Source: Camelus dromedarius
Lineage: Eukaryota
Assembly: GCF_036321535.1 (NCBI RefSeq)
Contig: NC_087437.1
Location: forward strand, 17,300,001 to 17,364,000
Length of the DNA: 64,000 nt
Reading direction: 5' to 3'
The translations under genes and the position numbers were made by a program. Below the pieces are notes generated by a model, which saw only the letters and a list, made by a program, of their open reading frames with translations, did no database searches and was not told where the DNA came from. Below are positions 1 to 12,162 of this stretch, in pieces. Every line of letters starts with the position of its first letter. Within the stretch, counting starts at the first letter, position 1.

Positions 1-895
1 GTGACATGACAATCCTAAGACCTGAAAATTTCTTAGTCCCTACAGCACACAAGATGCACCCAGTTCGGACTCTCCAATCAAGGCCCAGGTCCAACTCCAG
101 GCACTCCAGTTTCCCAGCTCTTCACCCGCCCCCACCCCGAGAAAGGAGGGAAAACAACTTTTATTGGCCTCGTCTCCCGGGGGATTGACAAACTAGCGGG
201 GCAGTGCTCCGGCCTGGACACGTTTCACAAGGAGGCCTCCGTCGGGGGCGGGGAGGGCAGATAGCGGGAAAGCCCAGCTTCGACGTCCCCTCTGCCCCCA
301 GGAGCCAGCCCCCTGCTCCACCCCAACGAGAAGAGGCCTGGGCCGGCCGCCACGCCGAGCGACCCCCAGGCCCCTCCGCCGAAGCGAGCTCGTTGTCATG
401 TGACGACTCTGCCGCTAAAACACCGCAGAAACGCAGGGCGGCGGGCGGCATTCTCACCAGCCCGCCTCGGCAGGGCCCCGCCGGGCGCGGGCGAGTCCCG
501 AGAGTCCGGGCGGGGGGGCGGAGGGCGGGCTTGGCGGCGGGCCCGAGCGCGCCACAAAGGCTTCCGCGCCCGTCGCCGTAGTGCCCGAGCGGGCGGGGGC
601 ACAATTTTCGGGGCCCGCGGGAGGGGTAGGGAGCGACGAGGGCTCCGGGGTGCTCACCGCGCCCACAGCCATCCCCCACGGCGCCCGGACGGCGGGAGAC
701 CGCCGCGCCCCGCAAAGGCCCGCGCGGCCTCCCTCCCCCGCGCGGGGCCCGCGTCCGGCCCGCCCGCTCCCCGCTCGCGCTCTCTCGCTCTCTCCCAGCC
801 TCCATCTTGGATCGGCGCTTCCAGCCCCCGCGCCGCGGCCGCCGCATTCCCCCTCTTTCCCGCCCCCCGCCGCCGTCGCCGCCGCCCGCACTCAC

Positions 896-1140
896 CTCAG
901 CTGCCCATCCGGGCGCCGCCGGCCGTCGACCTAGTTTCCCCCCAAAAGTCTCCGGTGTGTTATTCCCGATGTGGGGGGGTTGTTACGGGGTGGTCGCCGG
1001 GGGTTCGGGAGCGGGGGCCGCGCCTTCAACGGAGCTGCAATCCTAACCCGCCATCTGGTGGCATTTTCCACACGCCAATGGCGCCGCTGCAGACTTGGGT
1101 CCCGACCGCCCTCTGCTGGCCGCGGCGCTTACTACCTCGC
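896..1140 (-). other. STAG1: Non-coding first exon (5'UTR), probably cohesin subunit SA-1; TSS end approximate
   Basis: Consensus donor CTGAG|GTGAGT (intron starts at 895 on the minus strand). The exon end GCGCCCGGATGGGCAGCTGAG matches my recollection of the STAG1 5'UTR, and the divergent layout fits STAG1-SLC35G2 synteny. Not verified by a search. Confidence 0.65.
1047..1063 (-). promoter_or_regulatory. CTCF motif
   Basis: TGCCACCAGATGGCGGG on the minus strand fits the CTCF core CCACCAGRKGGCG. Confidence 0.6.
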
Positions 1141-2829
1141 TGACGGACGGGCCTGCCCGGAAAGGGGAGGGAGCTGAGGCGCGAGCTGGGGGCCGTGGCG
1201 GGGACGCGCGCAAACGCTTTCCTGTGGGGATTGCGCGCACGCGCACCAGCGGGGCGGGAAACGTGGCCGCTGCGTGGCGGCCCGGCCCCAGCACGGAGCG
1301 CTGGCCCGGCTCAGCCAATCGCGAGCGCCGCATACCTCTTGGTGAGGGCGCTGTGGACGGTTCGTGGACCGTCTGAGGCGGGCGGAAGGATGGCAACGGT
1401 GGCGCCTGCGCGCCCGGCTAGTCGAGTTACCGCCCGCCATTTTTGGAGCTTTTCCGAGACCTGGGAGGGAAACCCGCCCCCGGCCCCTTCGCCGAAGCCC
1501 CTCCCCAGGCCGCGGGACTGGCGCTTCCTCGCAGCTCCGCCTGGCTACGGTTGCCTCCATCCTCCGCCCTGGAGGCGCTCTGCGGAAACGCGAGGGGGTG
1601 GCGGCGCAAAACCATGCTCCCGCCTCTCCTGGGTTTAATGAGGGCCTCAGAGCTTAGCATTGTATTAGCGATTTATTGTTGACTGTTGACGAGGCGCTTT
1701 CCCGGGCGAGGGTGAAAAGGTTTCGAGAACTGTTTGGGACCTCCCTCGCCGCCGATCTAGATGCAACAGTGCCCGCCCCAGGCCGATTGGCGTCGTCCCT
1801 GCTTCTGTAAAGCAGATCCTCTCCGTGGTGCCGGCTTTGCATAAGGCGGCAGCATTGGCTAGTTAGTGAGAAAAGAATGCAGCTAGACTGGGAAAATACA
1901 GCCTCAGCTTTGGAATCAGCTTTCTCCTCCCACAGCCTAGGACTACTGTCAGTAGCTCTAAATGTCAGTAGCTTCCAAAAGGAAGACAATTGACTAACGT
2001 GAGACCCAGAGCAAAATATGCCTTTGAATGTCTCCTCTTCCTACTTAGTCTCCACCCGCCTCTTCTGGCCGTGGCTCCTACCTTTCACCCATTCGCAACT
2101 TTTCAATACAAAAGTGAATCCTTAATCTCCCAGGTCATCAGCCCCATTTATGACTAAATTCTCTGTTGCCATAGCCAGCTCTATTTCAGTATTGCCTTAG
2201 AATCGCTCAACTCTATAGTCTTAAGGGCCCGTCCCCAGTAGGTTATCCCTTTTCCTGCTTTCTCTCCCACGGGTCACAAAGTGTGGGTTTTCACTGGAGG
2301 AAGTCACAACTTATCTGGCCAGGAATGAATTCGTGACTGGACTCCCACTTATAATTTTTTTACCCCTGTTTGGTTGACTTCCCCTCATCTTCTCCACAAG
2401 GACTATTTCTAGTTTTCTTTGTTAAGTTGCCAGTCCCAATCCATATTAGTAGATAAAATCATATAGTTTCCAGGGATCAAAGCTATGGGATTCTAATTTC
2501 GGTTTGGTATTCTCTCCATCTTAAAATATATGTAGCCACACCCTGTTCATGACCTCTAACATTCTCACCAAATTAATCCCCTACTCTCCAAAGCTGGTTC
2601 TTCTCCCTGGACTGCAAATGCTATCCCTTCTCATTTCTTCCTTCCACCACTACTTAGGGTCTTATATCTTCAACATTTTAGCCATTGGCTTGTTTTTCAA
2701 CAGTTTCCATTGTCATTTTTTAAATTTCAGTGCTACTACTCCCTGTTGGGCCAACTGACGTCCTTCCACGTCCAACGATCCCCATTCCTGGGCTAAAGTA
2801 CATTCTTTACTGGGTGTATTTTCCTCAAC

Positions 2830-3189
2830 AAACTAATAGCCTTAGGGAATGCCTAATCTCACAGTAGCTCTGGCTAGCTTGTTTCAACCCACCTTATCAG
2901 AGTCATAGACTCCACCACCCTTCAGGAACCCTAAACCTCTTACCTCACCTACAACTAATCAGAGACTTGCGCACAAGCCCATCAGGCACCTTGCAATCTA
3001 CCTTATAAAACACCCCAACAACCGGCCCTTGGCGCTCACACAGGCACCCCTCACCTATGTGGCTCACTGTTGCCTATGACAGCATACACTAATAAACTCC
3101 TTTCTATTTCCGTACTTTATCTTTGGTAAATTCTTTTACCAACCCGTGCGTCACCATGCCGACTAGCCACCCCATTGTGTCCTGCAACA
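2830..3189 (+). mobile_element. Old ERVL solo LTR (MER74/MER73-like)
   Basis: TATA-like TTATAAAA ~3003, AATAAA 3091, GGTAAATTCTTTTACC motif, ends GCAACA. Confidence 0.6.
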
Positions 3190-3630
3190 CTTCCTCCACT
3201 TGCTATACTATCAACCTTGTTTTCATTGTCACATTTCTCAAAAGAAGCAGTCAACCATCCTCATTTCCACTTTATTCCTTAGTTTTTATCAATCTGACCC
3301 ATAACAGCAAACTAAAATTAACGCTTTCAGGTCACAAGGGTCCTAACTTACAACCATTTTCTCATTCCTCCTTTTTAAAGAGAATTCCTGGGATCAACAA
3401 CCTACCTGGTTTACTGGTCTTATAATTCCTTTGCTAGCTCCTCCTTTCTTCCAACCCATAATTCAACTCCTAGCTTTCTGTTCTTCTCTATTACATTCTT
3501 TCTCTTCAAAAGTCCCTTTAAATTACTATCTGTTCCTGATTTTTTCCTTAACTAACATTCCTCATATTTAGCTTACTTGCCAGGAAACTCCAGCTTAAAA
3601 TTCAACATTTAAAATAATGCATCTTTTTTT

Positions 3631-3912
3631 TTTCCCTCATTCCACAAATGTTTATTTAGCAACCTTAAGGGTTCTGTCCTAGGGATATAGAGATCAGTTA
3701 TGCATGTGAGGGGCATACAGTGGGGTCAGGAAGTCAGGTATCATTATAACCAACCCAGTCAACCCAGGTAAACATGCTATGGTCGAGGCACCTTGGAATA
3801 ATTAGTTTAAGCTGGAGGCAGTGGTGCAGCCAGGAAGGCTTCACACAGGAAGGGACACTTGGCTTTTCAAGAAGCAGCTGTGTCATGGTCTGGAGTACAT
3901 GATGTAATGGTG
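3631..3912 (-). pseudogene. Short processed retrocopy of an L2-derived RNA 3' end
   Basis: Perfect 17-bp TSD ATAATGCATCTTTTTTT (3614-3630, 3913-3929), T-tract, and AATAAA on the minus strand 17 nt before the tail; body resembles an L2 3' end. Confidence 0.6.
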
Positions 3913-4175
3913 ATAATGCATCTTTTTTTATTCAAATTTTTAAATTTCTCTTAATAGCGTAATTTCAGATACATTCAACCCTTAATTATTTGGTGAGATA
4001 AAAGTAACAGGTCCTATCACATTACTTTGTGACAGATTCACACATTTTGCAGGAGTCTCTGCTTTCATGAAATCCTTAATCAAGATTTCAAAGTTACTGA
4101 CAAAGATTTTCAAACACAATTTGCATGAACAGCTTCAAGTCATAGATGTGAACAAAATATCAAAAAGAATACCTA

Positions 4176-4370
4176 GAACTAGTGTAGGTAGGAGCTAAGA
4201 GTTCTTAAATCTTGTTTGGGATAGGGAATAAAGTATCAATAGAAAAAGCATTTGTTTAGTCCAAGTTTCTTTGTGCCCTTTGAAATTTCGACTTCATTGT
4301 TCACTTCAAATGATCTGAAATGTGACCTGGCCCACTTTGAAGATTCAGGTTGATGGGTTAGATGTCTAAA
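4176..4370. repeat. Unassigned diverged ~195-bp direct repeat, copy 1
   Basis: Colinear with 7688-7880 from GAACTAGTGTAGGT to TAGATGTCTAAA. Confidence 0.8.
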
Positions 4371-4726
4371 GAAGAAGGCATATGCCCATTAGACTTTTAT
4401 TTCAACTCAATCTCTTAGCCAGCCTGGTCTGAAAGTATAATATAAAATATTCAATTTAATATTAGAAACTTTAAAATTGTATTTACAAAATTACACATTC
4501 ATGTAATGTAAATGTAATATAAATGCATTATAGGATAAATGGTTAACATTTATTAACCAATAACATGAAGAACTTTGCCTTATAACATGAAAAGCTAGTT
4601 TGACTATTTAGATGGCAGAACTTTTTTAATTTGGCTAAACTTATGTTTTTTTCCTTTCTGGATAATTTTAGCATGAAGAAGATTTCAAAGTTATTCCATT
4701 GACCTTAGAGTCCTTAGAGATGTTCA

Positions 4727-4955
4727 AAAATTTGTAGATACTGACAGGCATATGTAGAATAGATAAACAAGATTATACTGTATAGCACAGGGAAATATAT
4801 ACAAGATCTTGTGGTAGCTCACAGCGAAAAAAATGTAACAATGAATATATGTATGTTCATGTATAACTGAAAAATTGTGCTCTACACTGGAAATTGACAC
4901 ATTGTAAAATGACTGTAATTCAATAAAAAGAAGTTTAAAAAAATTTTTAAAAAAC
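4727..4955 (+). mobile_element. 5'-truncated lineage-specific L1 3'UTR
   Basis: GAAATTGACACATTGTAAAATGACTGTAATTCAATAAA plus A-tail; TSD AGAGATGTTCA 4716-4726 / 4956-4966. Confidence 0.85.
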
Positions 4956-5029
4956 AGAGATGTTCAGCCAACTTGTTTCATGACAGATGATGGTATTCCT
5001 TTCACAGAAGCCTTTTCTTTAAATGGTAT

Positions 5030-5270
5030 TTTTTCTCTTTTTTTAATTGAAGTATATTCAGTTGCAATGTGTCAATTTCTAGTGTACAGCATAATGTTTC
5101 AGTCATATATATATTTATGTATTCCTTTTCATATTCCTTTTCATTATAGGTTACTACAAGATACTGAATATAGTTCCTTGTGCTATACAGAAGAAATTTG
5201 GGTTTTATCTGTTTTATAGATAGCACTTAATATTTGCAAATCTTGAACTCCCAATTTATCCTTTCCCACC
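5030..5270 (-). mobile_element. Cetartiodactyl L1 3'UTR fragment
   Basis: T-tract followed by TTGAAGTATATTCAGTTGCAATGTGTCAATTTC, a typical L1 3' end in reverse. Confidence 0.8.
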
Positions 5271-5271
5271 C

Positions 5272-7090
5272 TGACTTTATTTTTTTTTTACAGCAGTTTT
5301 AGGTTCACACCAAAATTGAGAGGAAGTTACCAAGATTTCTCATATACCCTCTGCCTGTACACATGTATAGCATCCTCCCCCATTATTAACATCACTTACC
5401 AAAATGATACAGTTGTTACTGAGGATGACCCTGTATGGACACATCATAATCCCCCGAAGTCCATAGTTTACCTTAGGGTTCACTCTTGCTGTTGTACATT
5501 CTATGGGTTTGGACAAATATACAATGGCATATATCCATCATTATAATATAACAGTATTTTCATTGCCCTGAAAATCCTCTCTGCTCCGTGTGTTCATCCT
5601 TTCTCCTCCATCACTGATCTTTCTATTGTCATATAGCTGGTAGCGTTTTCAGATTGGCTTCTCTCACTTAGTAATATGAATTTAAGCTTCTTCCATGTCA
5701 TTTCATGGCTTGATGGCTCATTTCTTTTTAATGTGGAATAATAATTCATTGTCCAGATGTACCACAGTTTATTTACCCATTCATCTTCTGAGGGACATGT
5801 TGGTTGCTTCCAAGTTTTAGTAATTATGAATAAAGCTGCTATAAACATTCCTAAGAAGGACTTTGGGCAGATATAAGTTTTCGACTCCTTTGGGTAAACA
5901 CCAAGGAGTGTGATTGCTATGTCATATAGTAAGAGTATATTTAGTTTTGTAAGAAACTGCCAAATTGCCTTCCAAAGTGGCTGTACCATTTTGCATTCCC
6001 ACCAGCAATGTAAAAGAGTTTCTGTTGTTCCACAGAATAGCTAATCCTCATTAGCATTTGGTGTTGTCAGTGTTCCAGATTTGGTCATTCTAATAGGTGT
6101 ATAGTGGTATCTCATTGTTATAATTTGCATTTCTCTGATGACATATGATGTAGAGCATTTTTTCATATGCATATTTGCCACTGTATACCTTCTTTGGTGA
6201 GAGGTCTATTAAGGTCTTTGGTGCATCTTTAAATTGGGTTGTTTGCTTTCATATTGCTGAGTTTTTAAGAGTTCTTTGCATATATTGGATAACAGTCGTT
6301 AATTAGATGTGTCTTTTGCAAATATTTTTCCCCATGCTGTGGCTTGTCTTCTGATTCTCTTGCCATTGTCTTTTGCAGGCGGTTTTTTTTTTTTTTTTTA
6401 ACTCTACTGGAGTCCAGTTCATCAATTATTTCTTTCATGGATTGTATCTTTGGTGTTGTATCTAAAAAGATACCAATTTACCCAAAGTCATCTAGGTTTT
6501 CTCCTATGTTATCATCTAGGAGTTTTATAGTTTTGCATTTTACACTTAAGTTTATGATCCATTTTGAGTTAATTTTTGTGAAGGGTATAAGGTCTATGTC
6601 TAGATTTTTTTTTTCATGTGGATGTCCAGTTCTTCCAGCAATGTTTATTGAAAAGACTGTCTTTACTCTTTTGTCAAAGATCTGTTGACTGTATTTATGA
6701 GAGTCTACTTCTGGGCTCTGTATTCTCTTTGTTGATCTATTTGTTTGTTCTTTTGCCAATATCACAACTGGCTTGATTATTGTAGTTTAATAGTAAGTCT
6801 TGAAGTCAGGTAGCATCAGTCCTCCAACTTTGTTCTTCTCCTTCAATATTATGCTGGCTGTTCTGGGTCTTTTGCCTCTCTAAATAAACTTTGGAATCTG
6901 TTGATACCCATAAACTAACTTGCTGGGATTTTGGTCTGGATTGCATTGAATCTATAAATCAAGTTGGAAATAACTGACAATTTGATGAGATTGAGTCTAA
7001 CTATCCATGAACATGGAATATCTCTTCATTTATTTAGTTATTTTCTGATTGCATTCATCAGAGTTTTGTAGTTTTCCTCATACAGATCCT
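5272..7090 (-). mobile_element. L1MC-type LINE-1 (ORF2 C-terminal part plus 3'UTR), decayed
   Basis: ORF fragments 5594-5989 (VQPLWK...WKQPTCP...NKLWYI) and 6478-6765 (INSKWI) are L1 ORF2-like. Confidence 0.92.
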
Positions 7091-7687
7091 GTAAGGAAAA
7101 GTTTTCAAAGTAATATTTGTTTATGAGTCTTCCCTTTCTCACACCTTTTATGGAGTTCCAGGAGCTGGATATTTAGACTAAAGAAAAGTCTTCTGATTAT
7201 GCTCTCTCACTCTTCACTTTGACTACCTCCACAATCATACGAATATCTGTAACATGGTATTTTAGGGATCATGATCACTGTCTTACTTTACTCTCCCCAA
7301 ATCAGTATCCTTCCTTTGCATTTTTCACTTGGTTACAGGACATTTGCTGTTGCTTATATTGGTAGACTTTTGCAAAAATCAGAAATGGCTTTCCCTTCTT
7401 TCCTGCTGTTGCAATTAAGCTATGTAGAAAACTGGTGGCAGTAATATGCTGTGGGGTCCTATCAGATTAACCCATGATTTTTCCATTCCTTTTTTAGTAC
7501 TAAAAACACAATTCCTTCTAAACATGAGCAATCAATTCTGTCCCAAAGTTGATAATGAGAGGGAGTCAGAGTACCTTCCTTTTCAGAACCAGTAACCTGG
7601 TTTCAGGTAAAACTTACCATTCCCAAGAAATGGAAGACCAGGACTACTCAGACACTTAAAAAAATAAATCCCATAAGCAGAGGGCTG

Positions 7688-7880
7688 GAACTAGTGTAGG
7701 TCAAGTTAAGGACCCTTAAATATAATTTAGGATGGAGAATAAAGTATTAGTACAACAACCATTTGCTTAGTCCAAGTGTTCGGTGTCCTTGAAAATTCTA
7801 CCTCATTGCTTATTTGAAAAGATCTAAAATGAGACCTGATACACTTTAGGGAGTCATCCTTGATAAGGTAGATGTCTAAA
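7688..7880. repeat. Unassigned diverged ~195-bp direct repeat, copy 2
   Basis: Colinear with 4176-4370. Confidence 0.8.
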
Positions 7881-9094
7881 ATATTGTTCCCATATAAACA
7901 GAGAAACCAGCCTCAAATTTTTTCTTCAGTCAAAGAAATGCACATATGGCAACAAATAAAAGGAAACAAATTACATTGTAACAAGTCAAATAACAAAAGA
8001 ATTTATGATGAAAAGCAACAAATCTCATGCTAACACTTTCTACCTCTAGAACTAGTCCCCATGGACAGGTTCTTTTGCATGTTTTCATTTGTGGATTACT
8101 TCAGTATTTCTAAATATGCTCATATCAGCTTCAGACGGCATCTAATGACTCTCTGCTATGAAAGATAAGGATTATGCTAACATCAGTCTTCCAATATTTA
8201 ACAGTTACATTAATTTTAACTCCTTCGTTAATTATATTTGTAACTTTTAATAATACACTGTGAAACTCTAGATATTTCAACCTCACATACTATTTCAACT
8301 CTCCAATATTAATACCACCATCCTTCCTTCCCATCTTCTACTCACATCCCTTAAACCCAGTCAATATCTTTTGTGTTTTGTCCATTGTTGACTCAAAATT
8401 AACAGCCAACTTCCAGGCTATGGAGAGTGCCAGGATTACTTCTCTTGAAGACCTCTGTCACAATCACTAGAAAGCCACTCAAAGGAAAAGTGTGCAGAGC
8501 ATCAGGATCAAATGGATTCTCTTCCCTTATTAGTAATTGCCCATATATTTGTGCTTTGTACTTGGCCATAGGCTTCTTATATGTTTTTATTTCTCCTGGA
8601 GTTTCAAATTATTTTTTTTTGCCTTCCTGTGTGTTTTACCTAGTTTATCAGATCAAGATTTTCCATTTTCTTTATTCTTTTACAGAGATGCTCTCTTTCT
8701 TTTGCCCTCTGGTGATTGCCCCTAAGTAACTTCCCGCCTTCTGCCTCCACTTAGCTAAATTGTTCTTTGATTCTGTTGCACTGCTGAGAACCTCTCTTTG
8801 CTCTGCTCCAAGGTTGGAGCCACTCTTATAGAATCTTTGCCTAATTTCTTGGTTCATCTTCTTGTTTTTCAGAACATCCTCAATAACTACTTATAAAAGA
8901 ATGGAAAGTAATACTGTGTCAGTATAGCTGAATTTACTTTCCCTCAGAATTCTCTAGGCATTGTCTAGTGTATTCTAGTAGTCAGTGATACTGATAAACT
9001 GGATGGAAGTTTGGTCTTATTCTTAATTAATGACTAGTTTCTTAATTCTCTCATCACCATCAGAAGCTTACACATGTTTAATTTCTTTTATTAG

Positions 9095-9224
9095 TCAGTT
9101 ACAATGTGTCAAGGAGCTATATTCAATATCTTATAATAACCTTTAATGGAAAAGAATATGAAAACAAATATATGAATGTATATGCATGAGTAGGACATAG
9201 TGCTGTATACCAGAAATTGACACA
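9095..9224. mobile_element. Tailless L1 3' fragment with internal inversion
   Basis: 21-bp direct repeat ATGTTTAATTTCTTTTATTAG (9074-9094, 9225-9245); 9095-9112 is an L1 end on the minus strand, 9113-9224 an L1 3'UTR on the plus strand. Confidence 0.75.
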
Positions 9225-9669
9225 ATGTTTAATTTCTTTTATTAGCAATAAATCATCTCTGGGTGAAATATTGTATGGAAACATATTCAAATAACTTCCT
9301 ATGGTCTTTTACTACATGTTTTTAAAAATCAAGTTATTTCTGAAAAATTATTTTTAATATAAATGTTACATGCATGTGACCAATTTAAGAAGTTACTTAC
9401 TTGTCATTTTACCCTATCATCTTAGTTCTCCTCTCTGAGGAAGCCACTGTTATCCATTCCCAGAAGCTTTTAGACTTTCTCTTTAATCTTAGTATTTTGA
9501 CATTTCTAGGGATAAAAATTTAATAACAAGTTATCAGGACCAGAATTGCAGATTTTTTTTCTGAATCCATGTAAGCAATCAATGAGTATAAATATCTTCT
9601 GTCAGTGACATCTAGGTAGATGTGCATTGAGTACTTACTAGTATATATGGCAGATAGTTGGTGTTTATC

Positions 9670-10130
9670 GATTTTTGTTACAGCTTTATTGAGATGTGAT
9701 TGACATGTAATAAACTGCACATATTTAAAGTGTATGATCTGATGATGAAACCCATGGAATATATAAACCCATGGAACCCTCACCATAATCAAGATAATAT
9801 ATTTATCCATCAACTCCAAAAGTTGCCTCACAGCCCTTTATTCATCCCATCAGGCAACCACTGGTCTGCTTTCTGTCACTATAGGTTAACTGTATTTTCT
9901 AGAATTTTACATAAGTAGAATAATACATTATATACTCTTTTTTGTCTTATTGCTTTACTTAGTACAATTATTTTGAGATTCACCCATGTTGTGTATAGCA
10001 ATCATTCATTCCTTTTTAGTGCTGCTATAGTATTCCCTTGTATGCTGAGACTACAATTTGCCCATTTACCTGCTGATGGACATTTTGTACATAATTTTTT
10101 TTTTCTCGGAGTAAAGCTATTATGAACACT
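9670..10130 (-). mobile_element. Old L1M 3'UTR fragment
   Basis: ACAGCTTTATTGAGATGTGATTGACATGTAATAAACTGCACATATTTAAAGTGTA, an L1M 3' terminus in reverse. Confidence 0.75.
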
Positions 10131-11748
10131 CAGACACTGTGATTATGTTTCACTGGATTTGGTCTTTAGTAGGTAGACTAAAAAGGCTGTCTATATACCA
10201 AGAATCAAAAAATGCAAGTACCTACAGGAGCCAGAGATTGTAAATAAGTAGGTGGAAGGAGGGAAATTCAACATAATAAAAGCAACAGTTTAAGCTTTAT
10301 GGTGAATGACAAACTGACACTTGGCATCCAGATTGGGAGGGGTGGAAATTATGACAAATGGGAGAGCTCGAACCCAGTCTTAAGCAGACAGCTGCTTCTC
10401 AGAGCTGGCTGGTTGTTGCCAGACTGTCCAGTGTTGCCAGGTTTTCCTTTTTTCTTTTTCTTTTTCCCCAGGGCAGTCACAAATCCAGATTGTATGTGAA
10501 ATTTCTTCATTTTTTTTTAAAGTACGGAAACAAATGAAAAATAAGATTCAGGAATCTGACAGGAGGGAATCAAAATATTGACTTAAATAAAAATCCTGGC
10601 TTTTTTCAATTGGATACTGAATGGTATTCATTCATTATGTTATTCTCTCTTCTTTTGTCCATGTTTGAAATTTTCATAAGTACAATTTATAAAAATTAGC
10701 CTGGATAAAGCCAATTAGAGAAAGAGGTTTAGTTTGGCAAATGGTCCCCTCACACAACTAAATGTCTCACCATGGGCAGAACTGGACAACCTCAGGCCTT
10801 CACATGCGATTCGGGCCTTCCCCCTAAGATAATAACATTGAGGAACAGAGAATCTGTTGAATCCTACTGGCAAGCCAGGGGTTAAAGAGAGACAGAGATA
10901 GAAAGTTAGAGACAGAAACAGAGGAAGCCTGGAAAGGGTTTAGCCTTTCAAGCTTGATTCCTTCTAATCTCACCTATCAATCATTCCTACTTCCCTGGGG
11001 CGAGAGAGACTGCTGAATTCTTCTCATTCTTTTCCTCCAGGGAAGTAAAAACTCTCTCTCTCTCTGTGAAAGCAGAAGGACTGAGAGATTTAAATGCTTC
11101 TCTTCTGTGGTGGGCATTCTGATGCACTGCCCAGAGCCCCCTACAATAAGGACTTGTCCCAGGTACTGGGTGCAGAGACTTTGGTACCTGCAGGATTGCT
11201 ACAGTTGCAGAAAGCTACATTGCTCTAGGTTAGGCCCCTTCCCAGAATGCCCCAGATTCAAATACTGAACAAAGTTGGGGTATAAGAGCCTGACCATCTT
11301 AGCCAAACTGAGACAACTCTGAAGATCAATTCTAATCTCCTGGACTCCCTATGGGATCTGCATAGAGCTCAGTTTCTCCTTCTGCCCAGTCCTGCTTCTT
11401 TCCCCTCCCATTCACATGTGCGAGTCCCAGGGTCACTCCTTAATAAATATCCTGCCTGTTAAATTCTACCTCATAGTCAGCTTCCTGGGGACCAACCTGA
11501 GACAGTTGGTGCCAGGCCTGAGGTCTGGGAAAGCAGGCACTAAGATTGGGTTTTGGAGCTTGATCCATTAGCTGCCCACCTGATAATAAGGACTCCATCA
11601 CAAGATTACAGTCCAGTTGCTAAAACTTTCATGGTTGGTGAGTCAGGTTTGTATACCAGTGGGAGGTTATGTATTAACTGGTATGATGTGTCGGGTATTT
11701 GAGAAATATTGGGAAAATAGTAACTATAAGGACAATGAAATTAGGTGA

Positions 11749-12162
11749 TACTGTGGACTGAATTGTGTCCTCCAAAAATTCGGATGCTGAAGTCCTAACC
11801 CTTAATGTGATTGTACTGGAAATAGGGCTTTTAGGAAGTAATTAAGGTTAAATGAAGTCTTATGAGTAGGATCCTGATCTGATAGGATTGGTGGTCTTAT
11901 AAGAAGAGGAATATACCTCTCTCTCTCTCCTCCCGCACCTTCCTTCTCCCCTCCTCCACCTCTTCCCTGCCACCCTCAAGCATAGGGAAGGAAAGGTCAT
12001 GTGAATATATAGCCAAAAGGCAGCTGTCTGCACACCCGGAAGAGAGCTTTTATTGGGAACCGAAATGGCTGGCAGGCACCTTGATCTCTTCTCAAAATTG
12101 TGAGAAATAAATTTCTGATGTCAATAGTATTTTGCTACAGCAGCCTGAGCTGACTAGAAGAC
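11749..12162 (+). mobile_element. MLT1A-type MaLR solo LTR nested in the ERV-L
   Basis: TACTGTGGACTGAATTGTGTCC...AATAAATTTCTG...GCAGCCTGAGCTGACTAGAAGAC; GTGA on both flanks. Confidence 0.85.

Larger units (their letters stand above)
200..1860. promoter_or_regulatory. CpG island promoter (possibly bidirectional)
   Basis: Very GC- and CpG-rich. CCAAT boxes at 1075, 1315, 1786 (reverse) and 1854 (reverse); NRF1-like GCGCACGCGCA 1235-1245; GC box 1251-1259; YY1-like CCATCTTGG 802-810. Confidence 0.92.

Noticed and set aside
6..1989. Many overlapping 60-250 aa ORFs
   Set aside because: Arg/Pro/Gly/Ala-rich ORFs in all frames are expected from stop-codon scarcity in a CpG island; no recognisable domain
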